DNA from: the human T2T-CHM13v2.0 reference genome, Homo sapiens
Assembly: GCF_009914755.1 (NCBI RefSeq)
Contig: NC_060929.1
Strand: one strand, 5' to 3'
Length of the DNA stretch: 64,000 nucleotides
Within the stretch, counting starts at the first letter, position 1. Each line of letters begins with the position of its first letter. Made by a program: the position numbers and the translations under genes. The notes beneath the pieces were generated by a model, which saw nothing but the letters and a program-made list of their open reading frames with translations, ran no database searches and was not told the DNA's origin. Shown in pieces: positions 28,496-41,318 of the stretch.

Positions 28496-28574
28496 ATCTT
28501 CACAGTTTCTCACTGCAGTCTTTCTACACTTAGCAGATGTACTACTCATATACTGTGCACTAGGCTAAACGGAA

Positions 28575-28760
28575 CATCAGTATAGGATAGTGGTTAAATG
28601 CATGTTGATCAGAGGCAGACAGAATGGAATCAAATCCTAGGTCTGCAAATTCACACCAATGTGATTTGAGAGAATAATTTAACCTTTTTATATCACCATC
28701 CTAGTGTTTGAAAGTGAGTTTCTTCCAAAACTTACACTAAAATTTAATTGCCATTTTAAC
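28575..28760 (+). mobile_element. MIR relic
   Basis: tagtggttaaatgcatg...gaggcagacagaatggaatcaaatcctaggtctgc...tgtgatttgagagaataatttaacct. Confidence 0.65.
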
Positions 28761-28833
28761 AGTATTAAGACAGGAGAACTGTAAGAGATACTTAGGCCAC
28801 GAAGTTTCTGCCCTTGTTGAGGGGGTTGGTACT

Positions 28834-29167
28834 TGATAAGATTTGGCTGTGTCCCCACCCAAATCTCATTTGGAATTGTAGCTGTCATAATTCCCATGTG
28901 TCTTGGGAGGGAACTGGTGGAAGATAATTGAATCATGGGGACAGGTCTTTCCTGTGTTGTTCTTGGGATGGTGAATAAGTCTCACGAGATCTGAATTCCC
29001 CTGCACAAATTCTCTTCTCTTGTCTGCTGCTTTTTACCTTCTGCCATGATTGTGAGGCTTCCTAAGCCACGTGGAACTTTGAGTCCATTAAACCTCTTTT
29101 TTTTCTTTTTGTAAATTGCCCAGTCTCTGGTATGTCTTTATCAGCAGTGTGAAAATGGACTAACATA
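28834..29167 (+). mobile_element. THE1 (B-like) solo LTR
   Basis: tgataagatttggctgtgtccccacccaaatctcat...aaatggactaacata; TSD gtact at 28829-28833 and 29168-29172. Confidence 0.93.
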
Positions 29168-29315
29168 GTACTGTTATAAAAGACCAAGTTGGTATTAGTC
29201 TAGAAGGAAAAGAAAGTACTTATCATTCTTTAATCAGAGACATCCTAAGGCTGTTTTCACAGATATCACTTTTCTTGGGTCAAATATGCTCACAAAGATT
29301 TCATCTTCAACATAT

Positions 29316-29590
29316 AGGCTATGGTTTGAATATTTGTTCCCTCAAAAGTCATGTTGAAATGTAATCTCTGGTGTGTCTGTATTAGCCCCCTGCCACCCTC
29401 CACAGACCCCACAGGCTTTCTGCTTTCCACCATGGCATGACACAGAGAGAAGATCCTTACAGGATGGTAGCACCTTGATACTGGATTTCCTGGCCTCCAA
29501 TATCAAATTTATTAAGCTAATACATCTCTATTGATTAGAAATTACCCAGTTTCAGTCATGCTGTTATGGGATCACAGATTAGACTGACAC
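29316..29590 (+). mobile_element. MLT1A-like MaLR LTR, internally deleted
   Basis: ggctatggtttgaatatttgttccctc...gcaccttgatactggatttcctggcctcca...aattacccagtttcag...agactgaca. Confidence 0.75.
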
Positions 29591-30132
29591 TCCCTTTTCT
29601 CCATAAAATCATCATCATAATAGCAATCACTATTATTACTAGGGATTATATTTGTTAAAATATATAAACATTAAGAATAGTGTCTGGGTCATGGTTGTAC
29701 TCAACAGTATTAGAGATAGTCATTAGCATATTGCAATGCAGTTGTCTTTCCATGTGCTTTTTTTTTTTTCATTTCACTTTGGCCATTTAATTACTTTGAT
29801 ACCCTGAGTATTTATTTTTTAATTTTTTTCTACAATATTATAATAGAATTAATAGAATATTATGATAGAATATACCCCTGATTTTTATGTATTTTCCTGC
29901 ACCATCAATAATTTCTTTTGGGGGTTAAATTTTAATACCTCATTTTTGATTTTTGTCTAAAATACTAAAGGAAATAAAAGACTATGAATTTTTTAATCAC
30001 ATTTGTTGTAGGAGTGCTGTGAAGGCATTTTGTATGTTATTATTGAGAAGCATTTATATATAATCCAGATGAGAAATGTTTTAAAAAATCATAGGCTGTA
30101 AATAATAAAATCTAGTTATTGAAAATTATCTT

Positions 30133-30466
<334 letters not shown>

Positions 30467-31609
30467 TTACATGCTATTTTCTTTGGTGGCAAATTTGATG
30501 CACAATAATAGGTATAATGCAGATTCCATGGTATAAAAATGTATGCTTTCTTTACCACAAATTAATTAATATTTTCTGGCACTGCTTATATTTCAAACAA
30601 ATTAACCATTATTTTATATACGGATTCTATTTAAATATTATCTCAATGTTATTGTGAGACTTCTGATTTAAAATGACAGATGAAGCAAACAAAGTTAGTC
30701 TCCCATTCAGTTTCACATTTATTGGAATATAAAAAAATTACAGTAAATTCCTTCATAATAATTTTAAGAAGAAATTCTAGCAAGTTCCTGGAGAGGAGCA
30801 AATGGGTGAGACTTACTAATACATGATTCAGAGGAAAGAGACAAAAGATTCAGAAAACAACAACAGCAACAAAGAATACTTGAGTGAGGAATGGAAGAGT
30901 CTTTATTTTGCTGTTAAGTACATGTGAATCTCTGAGGTGAGCAGCAGAGGAGAGTGAAAATGAGAAGAAAATGAACATTAGTGGACATTAACCAAAGAAC
31001 CTTCTGTACACGGCACCTTTGGTTGGATTCTATTACTCATCTTCCCCAAACCAACATTGTGAAAGAGACGGTTTGTATCCAAATTGAAATAAGGCATATG
31101 CTTTCTGAGAAAATCAGAAACATATCTTACACAAGTCTTTCTTGTTGGTTTAACTAAACGATGACCTCCCCGTTTGCCTGCCTGATCTCTCTGCGTGCCT
31201 CCTGAGATAAAGTCTGTCATTCCACAGGCATCTTTAAGGCACACAAAGCTGAAGTTCAGCGGTAAGTCAGAAGAAGTGGCAGTAATATCAGTTATAGATA
31301 TAAACAGACAAAAAAATTATCATGATATATTTGACGAAAACTGGCGACCTGTGAATAATTTTATATTAAAAAATAAACCAAGAAGACACTGCCTCAGTAC
31401 AAGAAAAAGTTGTTTTAAACAAATTCTAGATTGTGTGCTTAGTATACGCAGAAATAATTTACATTCATTTATGTAAAAGAATTCACTGTAAAAGAAGGAT
31501 AAAAATAAATGGAGATCTAGAAATGCTTTATCTAATAAAAAGCATGCAGAAATATTAATAAGAATGACTGGACAAAAATAAGGATATAAATAAAATGATG
31601 GCAATAATT

Positions 31610-32790
31610 AACTCAAAATAGATCAATGGCCTATGTTTAAGAACTACAAATTCAAAACTCTTAGGAGAAAACATAAAGGTAAATCTTCATGACCTGAATT
31701 TGGCAATATATTCTTAGTATGATGTCAAAAACACAAACAACAAAAGACAATATAGGTAAATTGGACTTCATAAAAACAAACTATTGTACATCAAAAGACA
31801 CTACCAAAAAGATAAATAGATAACTTTCATAATAAGAAGAATTATTTGCAAAACATATATCTTACAAGTGTTTAGGATTCATAATATGTAAAGAACTCTT
31901 AGAACTCAACAACAAAAAGACAACACCATTTTTATACAAATGAATAAATGGCTTGAAAATAAATTTCCTCAGAGAAAATATACAAATGGCCAACAAACAT
32001 ATAAAAAATGCTCTATGAGATTAGTCATTAGGTCAATGCTAAACAAAACCAAATTGAGATACCACTCCACAGTGAATAGAGTAGGCATATTTTAAAAATG
32101 GGAACTAGTAAGTCTAGGCAAGGTTGTAGAGAAATTGGAATACTCATATATTGCTGGTAGGCATATAAGTGGGTGCAACCACTGGTGAAAAACAGGTTGA
32201 TGGTACCTCAAAAAGTTAAACAGAATTATTATATGACTCAGCAATTCTACTTCTTCTTATTTACCCCAAATAATTGAAAATATGTTTTCACACGAATACT
32301 TGTATGTAAATGTTCAAAGCTGCCTTATTTATAATAGCCAAAGGAAGAAACCAAAGATCTATCAATGGATGAATGGCTGAACAAAATGCAATGTATCAAT
32401 TTATACAATGGAATATTACTCAACCTTAAAAATAAAGTACTGATACAACACAGAGTGTTGATAAACCTCAAAAACGTTTTGCTAAGTGAAAGAAGCCAGT
32501 AGCAAAAGGTCACCTAATGTATGATTTTTTTATATAACATATAAAATAAATACAAAATATCCAGAATAGGTAAATACATTGTGGCAGAAAACAGATTAGT
32601 GATTGTCAGTGTTCGGGAACTGGGGTACTAGGGCATGATTATTTAATGTGTATAGGGTTTCTTTTGGGGTGATGAAAATGTTTTGGAAATAAATAGTGGT
32701 GTAAGTTGATCACCATTGAAAATGTACTAAATTCCACTGAATAGTGCACTTCAAAATGGTTAATTTTATGTTAATAACACCTCAAAAAGT
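31610..32790 (+). mobile_element. L1MB-type LINE-1 3' portion
   Basis: aaatcttcatgacctgaatttggcaat...ttggggtgatgaaaatgttttggaa...aaaatggttaattttatgtta. Confidence 0.85.
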
Positions 32791-33869
32791 AAATTTATGT
32801 AACATAGGAATTTGGATCGTCTTTAATTCTTTTTCTCTTCTATTATGAAATTGCAAAATACTATGTAAACAGAAGACATCCTAAATGTTTTCAGAGAGAA
32901 AAAAACAAGAAAATCACCTGTCCAGGAATGTGTATTATCTGAACAATAGACTTTCTAGCAATGACCTCGGACACTGAAATATAAAGAAATGATCAATGCT
33001 GGTCATGTTCTAAGGATACATTATTTTTAAACTTCAATTCCATAATCTAAAAATTATGAATTAAATGCGTAGATAAAATCAAGAGTTTACCTCCCATATG
33101 CTGCTTCTAAAATAACCGAAAGGTTTAGACAACATAAAACTTTCCAATCACTAGTATGCTTACGATACTAAAGGTTTTCTGTTGAGGATAGCATTTTCAC
33201 ATTTCTACATATAAAGACAATCAGTTACTTTGAAAATAAAAATCTCTGGATAGTATTCAGAGTTCAATTAGAAAACAAACAAAAAAGTAACATGATTTTA
33301 GATTAAAGAAGAAAATTCCTATGATCTTGAAGCTTTGACTGCTTTCATTTAAGTCATTTAGGCAACACCATTTTACTGAAAATGTATGATAATACAATGA
33401 TAACACTTTATATGCACTAGTATATACTAAATAAATTTAGATAATTATAATTGTAAATCTTATTTAATATGTTGTTCTTTTCTAGAATCTTTCAGTAGCA
33501 TATGAAATAATTATAAAAATAAATTAGGTAAAAGTTTTCATTGTAAAAGTAATTCTATCCACACTTTGAAAATCTGGGCATCCTCGGGATTTTATTTTCA
33601 TATGCATGTGTATTTTACTACTAACAATAATACTTTAAAACATATAAATTACTTTGTATAACTACTAAATCTTTTGTAAAGCAAAAAGTAAACACCAAAT
33701 CAAAAGTGCATGCATATTTGACTCCCAATTTATGCTTTGGTAAGATAACTTGATTTCAATGGCTGGAAAGTAGAGTCCTTCCTCTCTTCTTGCTCCTTGT
33801 CCTCCTCTTAAAGTTGATTGCCCATTTCTCAGGCCATCATGGATTAACATTGATTGATAGTCATTAATT

Positions 33870-34165
33870 TTATTTCCTATGTATTTTAAGCTGACAAATA
33901 CAATCTGTATATATTTATGGTAAGCAACAAGGTGTTTTGATACGTGCATACACTGTGGAATGACTAAATCAAGCTAATGAACATATGCACATACTTACCA
34001 TTTTTTGTGAAGAAAACACTCAGAATCTACTCTTTCAGCAATTTTTAAGTATGCAACATGTTATTATCAGCTATAGTTACCATATTGTGCACTAGATCTT
34101 TTGAATTTATTCTTCCTAAATAAAATTTTGTATTCTTGGGCCAACATCTCCCCAATCACCCCTCA
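33870..34165 (-). mobile_element. L1MA-type 3' end fragment
   Basis: ctgtatatatttatggtaagcaacaaggtgttttgatacgtgcatacactgtggaatgactaaatcaagctaa...gggccaacatctcccca. Confidence 0.8.
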
Positions 34166-34579
34166 ATGGTTATAATTTTTAAAATATATACTATAGCTTC
34201 AATTGTAAATGGAGTATGAGTTGGTATAATCTGACCTCTTAAAATTATGGATAGAATTGCATAAACTCTTTCTATGTCTCATTGAATTACAAAGTCCTCT
34301 TCATTAGCTAAACAAGCACCTAGGATACCTATATTCTATCACTTTTCCTCATCTTGGTTGTTTTCCATGTAATTCCAAATATTTTAATTTAAAAATAAAT
34401 AAACAAAATAAAAAAACTAATCCATTTAATTTCCACTCAAACCAACCAATTAACCTACCAACCTGTATGCAATTTTAATTGTGTTGTAGGAGATCATATT
34501 TATTATATGAAAGACTTAGCATGCAGTTTCGTCACCACCCATAAACCTAGCACCATGAGTGCATTATCCAGAAGCCCCC

Positions 34580-35390
34580 TTTTTTTTAAATTGTCATACT
34601 TTAAGTTTTGGGATACATGTGCACAACGTGCAGGTTTCTTACATAGGTGTACACGTGTCATGTTGGTTTGCCACACCCATCAACTCATCATTTACATTAG
34701 GTATTTCTCCTAATGCTATCCCTTCCCTCGCCCCCAACTCCCCAACAAGCCCTGGTGTGTGATGTCGCCCTCCCTGTGTCCATGTGTTCTCATTGTTAAA
34801 CTCCCACTTTTGAGTGAGAACATGCGGTGTTTGTTTTTCAGTTCTTGTGTTATTTTGCTGATAATGATGGTTTCCAGCATCATCTATGTCCCTGCAAAGG
34901 ACATAAACTCATCCTTTTTATGGCTTCATAGTATTCCATGGTGTATATTTGGCACATTTTCTTTATCCAGTCTATCATTGATGGGCATTTCTGTTGGTTC
35001 CGTCTTTGCTGTTGTGAACAGTGCCACAATAAACATACTTGTGCATGTGTCTTTATAGTAGAATGATTTATAATCCTTTGGGTATATACCCAGTAATGGG
35101 ATTGCTGGGTCAAATGATATTTCTAGTTCTAGATCCTTGAGGAATCGCCACAGTCTTCCACAATGGTTGAATTAATTTACACTCGCGCCAACAGTGTAAA
35201 AGCATTCCTATTTCTCCACATCATCTCCAGCATCTGATGTTTCCTGACTTTTTAATGACCACCATTCTAACTGGTGTGAGTGGTATCTCATTGTGGTTTT
35301 GATTTGCATTTCTCTAATGCCCAGTGATGATGAGCATTTTTTTGTAAGTTTGTTGGCTGCATAAATGTCTTCTTTTGAGAAGCGTCTGTT
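34580..35390 (-). mobile_element. 5'-truncated L1PA (~0.8 kb)
   Basis: atactttaagttttgggatacatgtgcacaacgtgcagg...gggtatatacccagtaatgggattgctgggtc...tcttttgagaagcgtctgtt; TSD gaagccc(cc)ttttt at 34571 and 35391. Confidence 0.95.
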
Positions 35391-35487
35391 GAAGCCCTTT
35401 TTACTAACAACCTGAAGTTTTCTTACTGACTCTCACTCTCATGCCTCTCCACAGAAAGAGGTGACAGTCTTCTGTCACTGTAGTCTT

Positions 35488-35538
35488 CTTTTTATTTTAT
35501 TTTATTTTATTATACTTTAAGTTCTAGAGTACATGTGT
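35488..35538 (-). mobile_element. Very short L1PA 3' stub
   Basis: T-rich tail followed by tattatactttaagttctagagtacatgtg. Confidence 0.75.
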
Positions 35539-37387
35539 TCTGTTCTCTTCTGTTGTGCTGCCTTCCCGTCAGATAAAAATAACGTTTCTCATTTTAACTA
35601 TTTTTTGTTGGTTTAGATCCTGCTCACCTCCTCAAGATGTCATTCTCTAATTAGTTTATCAATTTTTAAACCAAAATTTTCTTAATAAAAGGAACCCTCC
35701 TGATAACCAACTCAATATATTTTCCTACAGAAAAATTTATTCTCTTGAACACATTTACCTTCACAGTGGTTTTATAAAACTATAAAAGAATGTTAAAAAA
35801 TAACCCATGTTAGCATTAAACAAGTTCAAAAACAATTATTATGATGCAGATAAATACTGAGTTATTATTAATCAGAACTTATTAAATCGCATTAGAATTA
35901 ATCACATAGAAATAACGGTAATAAAACATGCATTTAGACCTTTGCCCTTTTAGAGAAACAGTGCTAGTTTTGCCTGGAGGAAAATGTAAAGGCAGTGCAG
36001 TAAAAACAGTAAAATAATGTACCTCCTAGAAGGATAGCAGTGGATCTAGCTTCTGGCTCTAATCCCCTTTGAGGTGCGAAATTGGACTAGTTTTTAGTTG
36101 ATTTTGTCTAAGTCAATTATGTCTGAGACTCTCAAAATGTATATAGAAAATAGAGTTAATTATAAAGGTATCAAATGCCAATTATATCTGTTTTGGTTTA
36201 TGATGATAGCAATTGTTCATTGTGGATATTTCAGCCCATCGAGAACATTTTTTATAACTTATTGAAAAGTTGTAAAATTAGCACCAAATGAATACATAAG
36301 TGAGTAAATAAAATAATAGCCACCATTGACCTTCTTTCAAAAGGTTCCGAGATAGAGAAACTTGGGAGATTTTACTTCATTATTTTGTATACTTTTCCTA
36401 GAAAAATGAGCATAAATTCAAATGGACCCTTACCATATAATCTGCGAACATTAGTGCACATTGGTGATTATGCCTTTGGCCTTCTTTAAAAAAAAAGATA
36501 CATCATTTCAATGGATATTATGATGTAATTCCCAGAGATTAGGAAACTGGATGAATGTTAATTGAATCACAAAATAAGGGGGAAAATGTATCTTTAATTG
36601 GAATGTATAGGTTAATAGAAAGAAATAACACTGATATGGAGTTTGAAAAGCTTTCACAAGACTACTATGATCTTAGAAAAAACAATTAATCTATGTTTCT
36701 AACTTAAAGAGCTTTTACCAAATTATATGTGAGGTCCAAGGCAGATTTAACATTAACCTTTTCCATAAAATAAAAAAGAAAATATGAGTGCTCATGTTAA
36801 ATATAATAAAAAATTGTGAAGAGTATTTTCACAAGCTCTATAATAAAGCTCTCATACTGTTTTATACTTTATTGTTTTGTTCAAGAAAAGACTCTTATCT
36901 TCACAAAACTTACATTCAGTAGAAAGCAAGACTCTATGCTGATTAATACACACACACACACACACATACACACACAAGCACACGCATTCATGGTAGAACA
37001 TGGGGAAATATTTTTCAATTCTATATTTCACTAAAGCCAGGTTTCTAAGACCACCAAAAAGAAACAGTTGTTTCTACTCTCTAAGACTTTGCTTCACTGA
37101 GTTATGGTGTGTCCTTTCTCAATGAATGAATAGAATGTAAAATCATAAAATGTGTACAACTATAAATCATGTGTTGTTATATCTCTTTTCTCAGGAAAAT
37201 TAAGTGTGTCGATTGACTGGTAGTAGTAGTACTACTAAATTTCCACTCAACCAACCAATGAACCAACCAACCTATATGCAGTTTGTATTGTGTTGTAGGA
37301 GATCATATTTATTATATGAAAGACTTAGCACGCAGTTTCATCACCACTCATAAACCTAGCACTATGAGTGCATTATCTTGAAGCCCT

Positions 37388-37650
37388 TTTTTTAATTGTT
37401 ATACTTTAAGTTCTGGGGTACATTTGGACAACGTGCAGGTTTGTTACATAGGTATACACTTGCCATGTTGGTTTGCTGCACCCATCAACTCTTCATTATA
37501 TTAGATAATTCTCCTAATGCTATCCCACCTGCCCCACCCCCACCACCCCCCAACAGGCCCCAGTGTGTGAGTTTCCCCTCCCTGTGTCCATGTGTTCTCA
37601 TTGTTCATCTCCTGCTTATGAGTGAGAACATGTGGTGTTTGATTTTGCTT
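37388..37650 (-). mobile_element. L1PA 3' end, part of a local duplication of 34428-34845
   Basis: Same L1 3' end and same ~150-bp flank as the copy at 34428. Confidence 0.9.
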
Positions 37651-38046
37651 TCATGAATCTAACACCTTTTCTAAACACCTTTTCTATATACTGTTATACT
37701 TAAGCATCTGGAATTATTTTTCCCTTAAAAATAATTAAAACAGCTCTTAATTTATCAAAATTTCAAATGCTTATGTCTGTGGTAAAAACTTCCAACTACT
37801 AACTTTTATTCTTATTGGTCTCTTACTGATTTTACAAGGGACAGACGCTGAGTAGATTCATCAATTACTACAAGACTTTCAGAATATCATTTTCCTGTAA
37901 TATCCCCTCTTAATAGAACAATTAAGTTATTCTATCAAAAAAATGAAATCTTTTAAAATTAAAACACTCACATGCCATTAATAATGATATTTACACAGGC
38001 CAAATCTATTAAATAGCTTCTTGTATTTCATCCTTAAAATATTTCT

Positions 38047-38432
<386 letters not shown>

Positions 38433-38775
38433 CTAGAAACTACATTAATTATTTTAGCCTAATTATCTGATCATTTCTGGGTTTTACCCAAGAAATGAAG
38501 AACACAGAGTGACAGTAAGAGCCAGAGTACTAGATTACTTTGGTCCGTTTTTGCCCCAAGATGTATATAGTACAGATTCACAAGCATTGCAACAGTGATA
38601 GCAAAAAACATCAAACTCATAGACATTAAATTAGTCTATGAAAATATAGAATAGAAAGGAAAACACTTTCTACTTTCACAAGCATTAAAAATGTTGAATA
38701 ATCACATCCAACTTTTTGATGAACTTATGTTATATTATATAGTATTTTTCACAATGGAAATTTGAGGCTATAAAC

Positions 38776-39172
38776 CTGTGTGTTCTAATCAACCTAAGCT
38801 CCCTTTCTGAACTAGGCACTTATTTCCCCAGCTTCACTGTTGTGCTTCTCTTCAGTCATTGCTATTGAGGGAAAGGGAGCCATTTCACCCAAGCCCTGCC
38901 CTGGAGTTCCTCATATCCAGTGGCTGATTGATTCAGGATGCAAAGGGCCGGTCTCCGTGTCTAAATTTGGGGCAGCTCTGTAAAGCAATTCCAGCCCTGA
39001 AGTTCCTCATGAGATTGGCTCTGGCAAGTGTATTACATTTTGACTTCTCTCTCTGTCCAGTCCTGACCCCCGCAGTGCCTCACAGGTCTTGTTCCAAGAA
39101 GGCTCTAATAAAACTCCCTCTTGCAAATCTCGGCCTCAACATCTGCCTCCCAGGGAACAATCAATCTAAATT
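38776..39172 (+). mobile_element. LTR16-like ERVL solo LTR
   Basis: aggcacttatttccccagc...tttggggcagctctgtaaagcaattccagccctg...ctaataaaactccctcttgcaaatctcggcctcaacatctgcctcccagggaac. Confidence 0.8.
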
Positions 39173-39689
39173 GCAACCGTTATTCAAACTATTCTTCTGA
39201 ACACAGGTCACCCAATCTCTTGTAATTATATTTGCAAATAATAAAAATACTTTATTGGCATGGTTGTAACCTAAAGCATCATTTTTTTTCCTTTTTACTT
39301 TTCCTACAATAAATGAGGTGTCCCTATTAGCTTTCTTCAAGTTTTCTTCTAATACTCCTTAGAGATTTCTTCACAATTTGCCTTCTACTCACAACAGTAA
39401 AATGTTCTTTCAGAGTTAACAAACTCAATATTTATCTTCGTCTAGTTGAATGAATAACACACATTTATAGCAAATTATTCTTGCTTAAGCTCTGTGATAT
39501 TACATTCTTCTGATTCCCTTATACCCTTTTCTCATCTTCACTTCTTATGCTCTTTTAGGAATTACTAGTTCTTTTTCTGCTCCCCAAACAGAAATCCTCA
39601 GTGGTCAGTCTATCTTCTATTGACTTGTCATTTCTTCCATTGTCTACTTGTGTCTCATCTTCTCTCTGCTTTAAAAAATGTTTTTAAGT

Positions 39690-40015
39690 GTATTTATTTA
39701 TTTATTCATTTTGTGACAGGATCTCACTCTGTTGCCCAGGCTGGAGTGCAGTGGTGAGATCACAGCTCGTTGCAGCCTGGATCTCCCAAGCTTAAGCGAT
39801 CCTCTCACCTCAGCCTTCCAAGTAGCTGGGACCACATACATGCCACACCACGCCTGGCTAATTTTTTATTTTATTTTTATTTTATTTTATTTTTTTGTGG
39901 ATACAGGTTCTCACTACCTTTCCCAGGTTGGTCTTAAACTGCTAGGCTCAGGTGATCCTCCTGCCTATACCTCCCGAAATGCTGGGATTGCAGGCATAAG
40001 CCACTGCACCTGGCT
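39690..40015 (-). mobile_element. AluJ
   Basis: Antisense Alu with gatcacagctcgttgcagcc and cttaagcgatcctctcacctcagcc. Confidence 0.92.
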
Positions 40016-40469
40016 TGTCTTTCCTTCTATCCTTTTCTCTTTTCCTCCCAAACTTGTTGCTCTGGTAATTTAATTCTCACCAGTGTCATCAAACACTATA
40101 TTTATCTAAGTTTTTCTAAAACAGTAGACTTGCTCATGAGTTTCAGGACCAGGAGTCTGTTGGACTTCTGCCTGGATTACTCCTCTGGAAATTAAAATTA
40201 TATCAATCCAAATTTAAAGTAATTTTAAGTTAATATTGTTAGAGAAGTTATTTAATTACTGTAATTACCAGTCTCATCAGAAAGAGTATTTATGAATGTA
40301 TTCACTTATTAACTATCAAAATATATTCTAGGTACTTTTTTAGATACTAGAAATATAGCAATAAGCCACACAAATAAAAATGCCTGATGAATAGAGCTTA
40401 CATTCTAGATGTACTCACAACATCCTATTTTAAGTTACAAACATTCCTGTGAACATCAATTTTTTACAC

Positions 40470-40772
40470 CTTTTTTTTTCAATGCTAGGTCTTCCTCTGT
40501 CACCCAGGCTGGAGTATAGTGGCACAACCATAGCTCACTGTAACAGCAAATTCCTGGGCTCAAGCAAGCCTCCCACCTCAGCCTCCCAAGTAGCTGGGAC
40601 TACAGATGTCAGGTGCCACTATGTCTGGCTAACTTTTTCTTTTTTAAAATTTTTTGCAGAGATGAAGTCTTCCTATGTTGCCCAGGCTGGTCTTGAACTC
40701 TTGGCCTCAAGCGATTCTCTCATCTCTGCCTCCCAAAATGCTGTGATTACAAACATGAGCCACTGTATGTAC
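40470..40772 (-). mobile_element. AluJ
   Basis: Antisense Alu with catagctcactg and cctgggctcaagcaagcctccc. Confidence 0.92.
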
Positions 40773-40958
40773 CTACTTTTCAAATATCATAATCTTTTTT
40801 GCATCATCATTTATTAAAAGTTTTAGAACCTATTGTATTTCAGTAACTATGCTCTACATTATATTTGCAGAGATAACACAAAAATTAATTTAATGGAATT
40901 CACATTTTAGTTGGATGTTAAACATCCAAACAAAAGAACTACAGAGTGCTGTTACTAA

Positions 40959-41318
<360 letters not shown>

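Noticed and set aside
31228-31261. Possible 34-nt plus-strand micro-exon (ccacag|...cagcg|gtaagt)
   Set aside because: Weak pyrimidine tract, probably within an old L1M 5' relic, antisense to CDH9; expected by chance.
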